From contig CBDFJQ010000002.1 of NCBI GenBank assembly GCA_965248575.1, forward strand, positions 3,840,001 through 3,904,000: a stretch of 64,000 nt of DNA, in the 5' to 3' direction. Of this stretch, positions 28,998 through 38,590 are shown in pieces. How positions within the stretch are numbered: the first letter of the stretch is position 1; every line of letters begins with the position of its first letter. Position numbers and translations under genes: made by a program. The notes beneath the pieces are model-generated. The model did not search any database. It was not told where the DNA came from and saw only the letters and a list, made by a program, of their open reading frames with translations. Source of the DNA: Planctomycetota bacterium (GTDB lineage Bacteria; Planctomycetota; B15-G4).

Positions 28998-30497
28998 GTG
29001 CTTAACATCTCGAAGCTGGCACAACTCCTAAGCGGGTCGATCTGGGGCCCAGGATTCGTCTGCTGCGCCCTCGTCGTCGCGCTGTCAGCTTGCGGCTCCG
29101 GGCCAGATGACGAGGAAGCCGGAGCGGCCAAGTCGGCAAACACCGATCGGCGCGCTCCGAATGTGCTGTTTGTGGTGGCCGACACCCTGCGCACCGACCA
29201 CCTGTCGGCCTATGGCTACGCTTGGCCGACGTCTCCGAACCTGGACCAGCTGGCAGGCAGGGGCGTGACGTTCCTGCAGTGCACGGCACAGGCGAGTTGG
29301 ACCATGCCCTCGATGATCTCGCTCATGACGGGGCAGCCGGTGTTCTCGACGCTCTATCGGATTCCCGACGGATTTCCCGTTCTGGCGGAGCGCTTCGCAG
29401 AGGCTGGCTATCGGACGGGAGCCTTCGTCGGGAACTCGCTGTTGGCGGATGAAGCCGGCTTTGCGCGCGGTATCGAGCAGTGGGCCGTGCGCCAACGCAA
29501 GCGCAACAAATGGAAGGCCGAAGACATCCGTAGCAAAGCGGTGGATTTCTTCGACGCGGCGGAGGCGGACGACCGCCCCTGGTTCCTGTGGGTGCACACC
29601 ATGGACACGCACACGCCCTACGAGCCGCCTAGCGTTCCCTGGACGCGCCAACCAACAGATGTCTTTGACGAGTCGCAGCAGGCGCTCATCCGGCAGGTGC
29701 TCGACGAAGCTTCCACAGAGATGCGCCCGGCGCTTGCAGCACAGATCCCTGAACTGGCTGAGTCCGTGGATCTCTACGACGGTGAGGTCGCGGTGGTCGA
29801 CGAGTTCCTCGGTCAGCTGCTGCAGGAATTGGACGCCCGTTCCTGGACGGACAACACCTACGTGGTGTTCGTGGCTGATCATGGCGAGACCCTTTTCGAA
29901 CGCCGGGAGATCACGTCGCGGACGCAGCAGATGGTGGCCTGGAAAGAGCGCAACGGGCTGACTCTGCACCTCGAAGACCTGCTCAAGAAGGAACATGACG
30001 GGACTGTCTACCAGGAGCTAGTGCGCACGCCGTTCGTCCTGGCTGGCCCAGGGATCCGCGGGCCGCTGCGGGAGCCAGCCTTGGTGGCCAACATCGATGT
30101 GGGGCCGACCTTGCTCGGCTTGTGTGGGCTGCCGTCGAGCCTGGGGGCCGGGCGGGACCTCTCCGCTGCGCTGCTGACGGGCTCGCCTGTCGCGTCGGCT
30201 GTGTGGGCCACGACCTCCTGCCAGCAAGCGCTTGGCGCGCTGCTGCCCGACGGCCGGAAGCTCGTCTTGCCCTTGCTGGACGTGGAGCACGGCTTCGACA
30301 GGGAGCCCCGGGTGTACGACCTGCGCTTGGACCCAGGCGAGAAAAACCCCTTTCCTGTGGGCGACGACCCCGAGCTCCAGCGGGTCCTCGAGCAGCTTCG
30401 GAAAGCCCAGGAGGCGGGGCCCTTCAGTCCATTCAGCGGCAGCGAAGCCGACCCTGAAACCCTCGAGCGGCTGAGGGAGCTGGGCTACGTGCGTTGA
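28998..30497 (+). CDS. Sulfatase-like (alkaline phosphatase superfamily) lipoprotein; start uncertain
   Basis: LSAC lipobox, PNVLFVVADTLRTDH, SWTMPSMISLMTG, HTPY, YDGEV, ADHGE, LRELGY. Confidence 0.85.
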   Translation: MLNISKLAQLLSGSIWGPGFVCCALVVALSACGSGPDDEEAGAAKSANTDRRAPNVLFVVADTLRTDHLSAYGYAWPTSPNLDQLAGRGVTFLQCTAQASWTMPSMISLMTGQPVFSTLYRIPDGFPVLAERFAEAGYRTGAFVGNSLLADEAGFARGIEQWAVRQRKRNKWKAEDIRSKAVDFFDAAEADDRPWFLWVHTMDTHTPYEPPSVPWTRQPTDVFDESQQALIRQVLDEASTEMRPALAAQIPELAESVDLYDGEVAVVDEFLGQLLQELDARSWTDNTYVVFVADHGETLFERREITSRTQQMVAWKERNGLTLHLEDLLKKEHDGTVYQELVRTPFVLAGPGIRGPLREPALVANIDVGPTLLGLCGLPSSLGAGRDLSAALLTGSPVASAVWATTSCQQALGALLPDGRKLVLPLLDVEHGFDREPRVYDLRLDPGEKNPFPVGDDPELQRVLEQLRKAQEAGPFSPFSGSEADPETLERLRELGYVR

Positions 30498-30562
30498 GGC
30501 TGAGTATCATGTCCCGCTCGGCACGACCCGCCTTTTCGTAGCTCGCCCCTTCGGTAGAAAAC

Positions 30563-31012
30563 ATGACTGCATCCCGTCGCTGTCTAGTCGCCGTTCTGGC
30601 TCTCGCTTCCGTGTTCATCGCGTGGGGTGTCTCCGCACCTACGACGACGGAAGGCCCCGATCTGCACGACCTCATGAAGGCCGTGAAGAAGAACCTGAAA
30701 GTGGTGGGGCAGTCCCTCCAGGATCCCGCGGCCGACGCGCGCGCCTTGGCCGCCTTGGTCGAGATGGAGACGCTGTTGTTGGCTAGCAAGGCCTTCGACC
30801 CGACCAACCTGAGCGAGATGGCCCGCGACGCCCGGGACGCACATCGCTCGGCCTATCGCGCGGACATGGCGCGTGTCCTGGTGGAGACGCTCAAGCTGGA
30901 AGTCGCCTTGCTCGAGGGGCGACGCGAGGACGCCATCAAGATCGTGACGGGACCGCTGTACGCCATGCGTGAAGCCGGGCACGAGGCCTATCAGGAAGGG
31001 GACGAGCACTGA
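30563..31012 (+). CDS. Cytochrome b562-like periplasmic four-helix protein
   Basis: Signal peptide; N-terminal DLHDLMK (candidate Met ligand) and C-terminal REAGHEAY (candidate His ligand); no CxxCH. Confidence 0.68.
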   Translation: MTASRRCLVAVLALASVFIAWGVSAPTTTEGPDLHDLMKAVKKNLKVVGQSLQDPAADARALAALVEMETLLLASKAFDPTNLSEMARDARDAHRSAYRADMARVLVETLKLEVALLEGRREDAIKIVTGPLYAMREAGHEAYQEGDEH

Positions 31013-31020
31013 ACGCACCT

Positions 31021-32493
31021 GTGTTGGGGCTGCCGTCCAAGCCCGTTGTCGCGTGGGCCCTGATGGGTCTCGTGCTCGGTGCGTGTGGTTCCGAAGGCGG
31101 CACGGGATCGCAGCAGGACGCGAGTGCCTTGCCCAACATCGTGCTCGTCTTCACGGACGACCAGGGCTGGGCTGACATCGGCTTGCAGGGTGCGGAGGGG
31201 TTCGAGACGCCCTTCATCGACCAGCTCGCTGCAGAGGGTGCACGGCTCACGGACTTCTACGTGTCCCAGCCGGTGTGCAGCGCATCGCGTGCCTCCTTGC
31301 TCACCGGTTGCTATGCAAACCGGATCGGGATCAGTGGAGCGCTGGGGCCGGGCTCGAAGGTCGGCATCAGTCAGGCCGAGACCACCCTGGCGGAGCTCTG
31401 TTCGCAGGCGGGATATGCCACTGCGCACTTCGGGAAGTGGCACCTCGGGGACCACCCGAAGTTCCTGCCGACGCGGCACGGTTTCGACGAGTTCTATGGC
31501 ATTCCCTACTCCAACGACATGTGGCCCTTCCATCCGGAGAACCCGGAGGCTTGGCCGCCACTCCCGTTGATCGAGGGCTCGGAGGTGATCGAGCTCAACC
31601 CGGACCAGACCCGCTTCACGGAGGACTTCACCCGACGCTCCGAGGACTTCATCGAACGCTCGGTGGAAGCGGGCCAGCCCTTCTTCCTCTACCTCGCCCA
31701 CCCCATGCCGCACGTGCCTCTGCATGCATCGCCGGCTTTCGTGGGCAGCAGTGAGCAGGGTCTCTACGGGGACGTCTTGCAGGAGATCGACGCTTCAGTG
31801 GGGCGCTTGATGGACACCCTGAAGCGCACTGGGCAGGAGGACAACACGCTCTTCCTCTATTGCTCGGACAACGGCCCGTGGCTCAGCTACGGTGACCACG
31901 CGGGCTCTGTCGGCCCCCTGCGCGAAGGCAAGGGCACGACCTTCGAGGGGGGCGTGCGCGTGCCCTTCGTGGCCCGCTGGCCGGGCAAGATCCCTGCGGG
32001 ATGGGTTTGCAGCGAGCCAGCCATGACCATCGATATCTATCCCACCGTCGCGCGCCTGCTGGGCGTCAGCCTCGAAGGACAGTTGCCCATTGATGGCTTG
32101 GACATCTGGCCGTTGATGGCCGGGTACGAGGGAGCCGAGTCCCCGCACGAGGCCCTGTTCTTCTACTACGGAAGGAACGACCTCGAAGCGGTGCGGGTCG
32201 GGTCATGGAAGATGCACTTCGCCCACGGTTACCGATCGATGGAAGGGCGCGAGTCGGGCGCCGCTGGCATCCCCGGGAAGTACGACTACGATCGCCGGAT
32301 CGGGGATCGCATCGGTGTCGAGCTGTTTGACCTGGCATCGGACCCGGGCGAACGCACAGACGTCTCGCGCGGCCAGATGGAGCTGATGAAGGCCTTGGTG
32401 GTGCCCACCGATGCCATGCGCCGGGAGCTGGGCGACAAGCTCACGGGCGTGGTTGGTGACGGTCGCCGCAAGCCCGGGCGGATCCGGGACTAG
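31021..32493 (+). CDS. Arylsulfatase (formylglycine-dependent, Cys type), lipoprotein
   Basis: LGAC lipobox, TDDQG, CSASRASLLTG, GKWHLG, SDNG, EGGVRVP. Confidence 0.93.
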   Translation: MLGLPSKPVVAWALMGLVLGACGSEGGTGSQQDASALPNIVLVFTDDQGWADIGLQGAEGFETPFIDQLAAEGARLTDFYVSQPVCSASRASLLTGCYANRIGISGALGPGSKVGISQAETTLAELCSQAGYATAHFGKWHLGDHPKFLPTRHGFDEFYGIPYSNDMWPFHPENPEAWPPLPLIEGSEVIELNPDQTRFTEDFTRRSEDFIERSVEAGQPFFLYLAHPMPHVPLHASPAFVGSSEQGLYGDVLQEIDASVGRLMDTLKRTGQEDNTLFLYCSDNGPWLSYGDHAGSVGPLREGKGTTFEGGVRVPFVARWPGKIPAGWVCSEPAMTIDIYPTVARLLGVSLEGQLPIDGLDIWPLMAGYEGAESPHEALFFYYGRNDLEAVRVGSWKMHFAHGYRSMEGRESGAAGIPGKYDYDRRIGDRIGVELFDLASDPGERTDVSRGQMELMKALVVPTDAMRRELGDKLTGVVGDGRRKPGRIRD

Positions 32494-35400
32494 AGCCTTC
32501 CGACGTACTCGATCAGGTCGCGCATTTCCGCCCGACTGAGGCCGGCAGCGAGGCCTTCGGGCATGGCCGAGATGCCGGGGCGCCGTTCCAGGACGTGGCT
32601 CTCCAGGTGTTCCGTCACCTTGCCGTCGGCGTCCTGCAGATGCAGCGTGATCTCTCCGTTTTCATCGACGCTCTCTTCGATGATGCGGCCGGAGAGGATG
32701 CGGCCATCGTCGAGCACCAGCTTCATGGCGCCGTAGCCGGGCGCGATGCGCCGGTTCGGGTCGAGCAGCGCCTCCAGGATCTGGAGTCGCGAGAGACGAC
32801 CGCCGACCCCGTCGAGGTCGGGGCCCACGGCGGTGGTTCCCTCGGGAGCTTCGTGACAGCGAATGCATTGCATCTGGGTGAGCTCGAAGACCTCCCTGCC
32901 GCGCTCTGTGTCGCCGCCGAACAGGCAGTCGAGCCATGGGTCGAGCAGGGCGTCGGCCCCAAAGCGCTCGCGGTGGCGAGCCAAGAGCAAGTCCACTGAA
33001 GGTGAGGAACGCTCCTCGGCCGCGAGCACCAGGTCCAAGACGAGCTCGGCGGGGTACGCACCCGAGGCCAGTCGGCGCAGCTCGTTGGCGATCCATTCCT
33101 CCGCCCGGTCGTCGTCGGCGTCGCGCAGGATGCGGAGGGCCATGCGTTGCTCGGGGACCTCGCCTTCCGCCAGCAAGCCCGGCAGGCGAGGCATGGCGTC
33201 GGTGAGCGAGAGGCCCTTCAGGGCCCCCAGCGCGGCCGCGCGCAGGGACGGGTCCCGGGCTTCGAAGGCATGGGCCACCACATCTTCGAGCATCGGCGGT
33301 TCCATCACTTCGAGCGCTTCCAACGCGGCGATACGCGCATCCACGCCGAAGTCGTCGTTGTCGACGATGAGCGCCAGCCGGTCCATGAGCTCCTGCGGCA
33401 TGGCTTGCAACCTTGCCCGGGCGGCGTCTTGCTCGTCCTTGGTTCCACCCTCTGCCAACTGCCGCGCGAGCGTGGACCAGGCCGTGAGCACTTCGTCAGG
33501 GGTGTCGTCTTCGGCCATCTGGCTCAGGGCGAGTGCCAGCTCGAGTACGAAGTCGTCGGCGCGTTCGGCCAAGGGCCAGTGGAAGCCGGTCAGGCGGTCG
33601 AGGGGTTTCGGCTGCGCCCAGATGCCCAGCAGATCCACGGCTTCGGCCCGGAGCTCCGCTGCGACGCTTTCCCTGCGAGCGAGCCAGACGAGGTTGCGGG
33701 CACGATCCTCGCCGCCAAGCCGGTAGGCAGCGTTCATGGCGCGGCGCCAGAGCAGCGTGTGGTCCAGTTCGAGATCCAGCTCCTCGGCCTCCAGGCCGAA
33801 GCGGCGGTGCCACGCGTCATCCAGCAGGTGGTCCGCGAGCACAGGCAAGGCCGCAGCAACGGGGCCGTCGTGAATGGCTCGAGCAGCTTCGTGGACGATC
33901 TGGGGTTGTGGGTCATCCAGGAAACGGGAGAGGCCCGAGCTGGCGCGGCGGCGCATGACAAGCAGGGCGGCCATGCGCACATGCGGGTTCTCGTCGCGTG
34001 CGAGTTCGTCCAGGCGGCCTGTGCCCACGCACCCGTCGAGTCCCATGACTGCGGCGTGTCGAAGCATCGGATCGCTGTCGCCGACTTCGCCCGCAAGTTG
34101 GACCAGGCCGTCCACGGCGCCGGTCAGACTCAGCCGACCGCAGGCCAAGGCTGCCTGAAAGCGGACGCGTGGAGCCTCGTCACTGAGGCCGGCCAGGGCG
34201 ACCCCTGCGGCGGCGGGCTCACGCAAATCGCCCAGCGTCTTGAGGGCTTGTGCCCGCACCTCGCCGGTGCGATCCGAGGCAACGGCCAGCAGCACGTCCA
34301 CGGCTGCGGCACGCTGCGATTCGTCGCGGCGGGCGAGGACCCCCAAGCCCCAGACCGCGTGCAGCGTGGGCAGTTCGGTCCGATCAAGGCTCGCGGGAGC
34401 GTCTGCAGTTCCGGTGGGTTGGGTTGCCTCGTGGTCGGCGCGGGCCACGAGCGCCAGGGCGGCGAAGCCCTTGACGCCGCGCTTGGTGAGTTCGAGCTGG
34501 GCCTCGAGACGCACCCGGCTGTCAGCGTGGGAGAGGTACTCGGCCAACTTGTCTGCGGGATGGGCACGCATGCCTTGCCCCAACAGCTCCGCTGTCTCGC
34601 GAGCTTGGCCGGCTCGGTCCGAGTCCTGGTCTGTTTCGCTCAGGCGATACACCCGACCCTTGCCCGTCTTGCTCCAACTGGCGACCCAGTCACTCACGTA
34701 GAGCGCGCCATCGGGGCCGAACTCGCAGTCCGTGGCGAGCAAGCCCCAGAGGGCCTGGACGGCCTCGCCCATGTGGAAGCCAGCTCCTTCGGGACGCATG
34801 GGGAAGGCGTACACACCACTCCCACTCTGGGTGCCCTGGAAGTCACACAGGAAGAAGTGGTCGCTGAACTTCTCGGAGAGCGCTGTCCCGGGTTCGTGGG
34901 TCATGCCCGAGGGGCCGGCCGTCAGATGGCCTGCCGGCGGTAGGAGAAAGGCCGGCTGTTCGGCATGCCAGCTGTGCCAGCGCTTCTCGGAGTTCCAGAA
35001 GCCTGCGCCCGACACCCATTGGTAGGGACCTCGCCAACCGGTGTCGCCGCCTTCGACGATCTGCACGATGCGGGCGCGGTCGCCGTTGTCGGCATTGTTG
35101 TCGCCTGTGAACAGGTCCCCAAAGTCGTTGAAGGCCAGTTCCTGCGGGTTGCGCAGGCCGATGTGGACGATCTCCAATTGGCTCCCGTCCGGTTCGCAGC
35201 GCAGCACCGCACCGGTGTTGGGCAACAGCAGTTGGCCCTCGGGCGTGGTGACGTTCAGGCCGCGATCACCGATGGAGAAGTAGAGACGTCCATCCGGGCC
35301 GAGCCGCAAGCCATGCAGGTCGTGGCCCAGGTATCCGATGCGGACGCCGTAGCCCTCACTGAGCACCTGGCGTTCGTTGGCCACGCCGTTGCCGTTCGTA

Positions 35401-36032
35401 TCGCGCAGGGACCAGAGCGCCGGGATGCAGGTGTAGAGGACCTCGCCGTGGCGCGCCAAGAGACCGGCGCCGATTCCCACGGCCGGTTGGGCGAAGCCGT
35501 CGGCATAGACGCTGGCGCTGTCCGCCGTGCCATCCCGGTCGGTGTCCACGAGGCGCTTGATGCGTTCGTGTTCATCGTCCATCGCATCGAATTCCGAACC
35601 GAGCATGCGCTTCATGAGTTCGACGCGCTGCTGCACCGATTGGGATGCGAAGTCGTCTGCGAGCCACTTGGTGTACTCGCGGATGTCGAGCACTCCGTCG
35701 GTATGCCGGAAGGTCTCACCGACGTAGAGTGCGCCCTGCTCATCCAGGGTGATGCAGACCGGGTTCGCGAGCAGGGGTTCCGCAGCCCAGAGCCGGACGT
35801 CGAGGCCGCGAGCCACGTCGAAATCAGCGATGGCGGCGGTGCCCTCGTCGGAAGCCTGTTCGACCGTGGGGGAGTAGTCACCCTCATCGGCGTTGGCGCC
35901 GGCGGCTGGAACACCCGTTGCTTCGGGGCTCGCGTCCTGCGTGGCAGCGGTTTCGGTTGCCAGGCAGAGAGCGAGCGCCATGGCGAATGCCACGCGGCCG
36001 ATGGCGGTTGCCGTCCTAACTGAGTTCCGCAC
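32490..36032 (-). CDS. PVC-type membrane-bound dehydrogenase-like propeller + HEAT repeats + cytochrome c
   Basis: Signal peptide, ANPV, GHDLHGL, GPDGRLYFSIGD, GLRNPQEL, HEAT repeats, CIRCH, GPDL, SAMPEGL. Confidence 0.9.
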   Translation of the reverse strand: MRNSVRTATAIGRVAFAMALALCLATETAATQDASPEATGVPAAGANADEGDYSPTVEQASDEGTAAIADFDVARGLDVRLWAAEPLLANPVCITLDEQGALYVGETFRHTDGVLDIREYTKWLADDFASQSVQQRVELMKRMLGSEFDAMDDEHERIKRLVDTDRDGTADSASVYADGFAQPAVGIGAGLLARHGEVLYTCIPALWSLRDTNGNGVANERQVLSEGYGVRIGYLGHDLHGLRLGPDGRLYFSIGDRGLNVTTPEGQLLLPNTGAVLRCEPDGSQLEIVHIGLRNPQELAFNDFGDLFTGDNNADNGDRARIVQIVEGGDTGWRGPYQWVSGAGFWNSEKRWHSWHAEQPAFLLPPAGHLTAGPSGMTHEPGTALSEKFSDHFFLCDFQGTQSGSGVYAFPMRPEGAGFHMGEAVQALWGLLATDCEFGPDGALYVSDWVASWSKTGKGRVYRLSETDQDSDRAGQARETAELLGQGMRAHPADKLAEYLSHADSRVRLEAQLELTKRGVKGFAALALVARADHEATQPTGTADAPASLDRTELPTLHAVWGLGVLARRDESQRAAAVDVLLAVASDRTGEVRAQALKTLGDLREPAAAGVALAGLSDEAPRVRFQAALACGRLSLTGAVDGLVQLAGEVGDSDPMLRHAAVMGLDGCVGTGRLDELARDENPHVRMAALLVMRRRASSGLSRFLDDPQPQIVHEAARAIHDGPVAAALPVLADHLLDDAWHRRFGLEAEELDLELDHTLLWRRAMNAAYRLGGEDRARNLVWLARRESVAAELRAEAVDLLGIWAQPKPLDRLTGFHWPLAERADDFVLELALALSQMAEDDTPDEVLTAWSTLARQLAEGGTKDEQDAARARLQAMPQELMDRLALIVDNDDFGVDARIAALEALEVMEPPMLEDVVAHAFEARDPSLRAAALGALKGLSLTDAMPRLPGLLAEGEVPEQRMALRILRDADDDRAEEWIANELRRLASGAYPAELVLDLVLAAEERSSPSVDLLLARHRERFGADALLDPWLDCLFGGDTERGREVFELTQMQCIRCHEAPEGTTAVGPDLDGVGGRLSRLQILEALLDPNRRIAPGYGAMKLVLDDGRILSGRIIEESVDENGEITLHLQDADGKVTEHLESHVLERRPGISAMPEGLAAGLSRAEMRDLIEYVGRL

Positions 36033-37047
36033 GGACCTTCTCCAACAGGGACTTCGTGGCCTTGATGCCGTCTTCTTCCGGGAGTCGACTGCCTTCGTAC
36101 TCGATGCCCACGAAGCCGTGGTAGCCAGCAGCCTGGACGAGCTTCAGCATGCGCAAGAAGTCGATGCTGGTCTCTGAGCCGTCGGCATCGAAGTCATAAG
36201 ACTTGGCGCTGACCGCCTTCGCGTAGGGCATGAGCTCTTCCACACCGAGGTATCGGTCGTACTCCCGGGTCGCGTCGATGCGGAAGTTGCCGAAGTCCGG
36301 CAAGGTGCCCACCCCCGGGTGGTCCGCAGCTTGCATGACGCTCGCCAGCCAGCCGCCATCGGAGGAGAGGCCTCCATGGTTCTCGACGATGACGTGGATG
36401 CCGTAGGGCTCTCCGTAGTCGGCCAGCTGGTGCAGGGAATCGGCAGCCCGATCACGCATGGCGTCAGGTTCGCCGCTGCCCGCGGCGTTCACGCGAATGG
36501 CATGGCAGCCCAGGAAGGAGGCCGCGGCGATCCATTTGAGGTGATTCCGGATGGCCGTGCGCCGTGCAGCCTGATCGGGATGGGCGAGCTCGCCCTCACC
36601 GTCGATCATGATCAGCAGGCTGCGCACATCGTGTTGGATGGCCTGCGCCTTGAGTTCGCTCAGGTAGTCGAAGTCGGTGGCGCGGTCCTTGAAGAAGGCG
36701 TTGACGTACTCGATGGCGTGGATGCCAAGGCCCTTGGCGGTCCGGGCAAAGTCCAATGCAGACATGCGGCCCTCGAAGTGGGCGCGATGCAGGGACCATT
36801 GGGCCAGGGAGATCTCGAAGGAAGCTTCTTCGCTCCGGGCGGCAGATGTCTGTGAAGCCTCCTGTGGAGCGGAAGCCGCGCCGCTCGCGACGGTTGCCGA
36901 CGCCCAGGGGCTGAACGCCAGGCCCGCACCGGTGAGCGCCGTCGCCTTCAGGAACCCTCGTCGCGACGAGTGCGTGTCAGGAGGGGCGCCCTGGGACGCA
37001 GAGCGCGGACTCGAGGGGCGCAGCGGATCGGTCGAAGCTGAAGGCAT
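36016..37047 (-). CDS. Tat-exported sugar phosphate isomerase/epimerase (xylose isomerase-like TIM barrel)
   Basis: SSRRGFLK Tat motif; SLAQWSLHR, VENHGG, LPDFGNF, SAKS, GIEYEG. Confidence 0.9.
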   Translation of the reverse strand: MPSASTDPLRPSSPRSASQGAPPDTHSSRRGFLKATALTGAGLAFSPWASATVASGAASAPQEASQTSAARSEEASFEISLAQWSLHRAHFEGRMSALDFARTAKGLGIHAIEYVNAFFKDRATDFDYLSELKAQAIQHDVRSLLIMIDGEGELAHPDQAARRTAIRNHLKWIAAASFLGCHAIRVNAAGSGEPDAMRDRAADSLHQLADYGEPYGIHVIVENHGGLSSDGGWLASVMQAADHPGVGTLPDFGNFRIDATREYDRYLGVEELMPYAKAVSAKSYDFDADGSETSIDFLRMLKLVQAAGYHGFVGIEYEGSRLPEEDGIKATKSLLEKVRAELS

Positions 37048-37178
37048 GGTGGCTCCACGTGCTCCCCACACCCGGCGTCGGATGGGAGCCTGCGCAGCGT
37101 TGCGTAGGCTGGCCGGGAGCGGGGGCGCGCATGATACCCCCGAGACCAGCCTACGCAGCGCGTCGAGCCTTGCCGCTT

Positions 37179-38327
37179 CTAGAAGCCCTTCTGCCAACCC
37201 AGGGTCAGTGTGCGATCCACTTCCAGCTGCGGGCCATGCAAGCGCTGGTAGACGGGGAGGCCGAACTCGAAGGAGAAGCGATGTCCAGTGAAAGCGCCTT
37301 CCGTGCCCTGAAGATTCATGCCGAGGAAGACATCTGTGCGCTCCCCACCCTGACGGGAGGCGTCAGCGGTGGGGACGATGGTGGGTGAAAGGTCCGGATC
37401 GTCGCCACGGATGTCGTTGCGGATGGAGTGCGCGACGCGCAAGGAGACGCTGGCGGACTCATCCAAGGCGTGGGCCACCCAGCCCGTGACATTGGCTGAT
37501 GTACCCCGGGCATAGTGGTTGCTGTTGCGGCTCAGGTGGAACCTCAGCTGCGCCTGCGCGCCCCAGGACCAGTGCTCCGACGCGGCGCTGTAGGTCACGC
37601 CCGGCATGAGGTCGTAGGTGCCGGTGCCCAACTGCATGGGGTAGGGCAGGATGACGCCCTTGCCGGCCGAGGCGGGCGTGACGTCCTTCTTGTCGATGCC
37701 GCCCGTGGGTAGGCTCAAGCCCAGCTGCACGTGGACGTGTTCGTTGTCCTCCTCGTGGACGCGGAACATGCCGCCCACGGTGACGTCGCCCAGGCCCTCG
37801 GCTTCCGTCTTGAAGCGCACGCCGGTGCCGGTGACGTGGTTCATTCTGTTCTCGACCCACGGCACCATCAACATCACGGTCAGGTCGTCGCTGGGGGCGT
37901 ACATGCTGTGGATCATGGTCATGTCCATGTCCATTTCCGTCGGGGAGACGGGGAAGCCCTTCGCGTTGTTCTGAGCGGGAGTGATGCTGCTCGTGCGATC
38001 CCGGAGCCCGTCCATGTGCATGGACATGTGGCTGATGCCAACCATCCATTCCCCTTCCCGGTGCATGTGATTGAAGAGCACACCCATGGGGCCGTGGGCG
38101 TCGGGCCGTGCGGTGTAGCCGTCCTTGCTGCAGCAGGAGAGGAGTTCACCGTCGGAGCCTGCATGCTCGTCAGCATGGGCTGAGCCACGGTTCACGTTTC
38201 CCGAGGCGATGGTGCCCATGGGGAGCCGGTCGAGGCGTAGGGAGGGTCCACGGCCCAGTTGTGCGTGAGCGATGGGAGCACAGACAGCGAGCAACGTGAC
38301 GGTCGTGAGAAGAGCAGATCGGATCAT
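37179..38327 (-). CDS. Outer-membrane beta-barrel 'transporter' with His/Met-rich N-terminus (candidate metal/copper uptake)
   Basis: Signal peptide, RPDAHGPMGV..HMH..GEWM, HMSMHM, MDMDMTMIHSM, GLGDV, GLSLPTG, alternating beta strands, terminal Phe. Confidence 0.75.
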   Translation of the reverse strand: MIRSALLTTVTLLAVCAPIAHAQLGRGPSLRLDRLPMGTIASGNVNRGSAHADEHAGSDGELLSCCSKDGYTARPDAHGPMGVLFNHMHREGEWMVGISHMSMHMDGLRDRTSSITPAQNNAKGFPVSPTEMDMDMTMIHSMYAPSDDLTVMLMVPWVENRMNHVTGTGVRFKTEAEGLGDVTVGGMFRVHEEDNEHVHVQLGLSLPTGGIDKKDVTPASAGKGVILPYPMQLGTGTYDLMPGVTYSAASEHWSWGAQAQLRFHLSRNSNHYARGTSANVTGWVAHALDESASVSLRVAHSIRNDIRGDDPDLSPTIVPTADASRQGGERTDVFLGMNLQGTEGAFTGHRFSFEFGLPVYQRLHGPQLEVDRTLTLGWQKGF

Positions 38328-38390
38328 GACGAGTTATCGAGGGCTGATATGGAGATGGCGCGCGCTGGCTACCATCGAGAAGAATGTAGT

Positions 38391-38490
38391 GCGGGCGGAC
38401 TGCGCCAAGAAGGCCACAATCCGCCCGCGGGTCCAGCGCCCACTTGGCCGAGGCCAAGTGGTCAACCGGCGGCGAAGTCGAGCCGGTTGA
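38391..38490 (-). promoter_or_regulatory. Three tandem hairpins in the leader of the OM barrel gene
   Basis: Perfect 9-bp inverted repeats at 38391-38399/38420-38428, 38440-38448/38453-38461 and 38462-38470/38482-38490. Confidence 0.6.
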
Positions 38491-38590
38491 TTCCGAGACG
38501 GACGCAGACACCGAGGAATCGGAGCCAGGAACCAGAAGCCCACGCGACAAGGGCAGTCGCCGCGCCGTCCGCTACATCGCCGCCGAAAAC

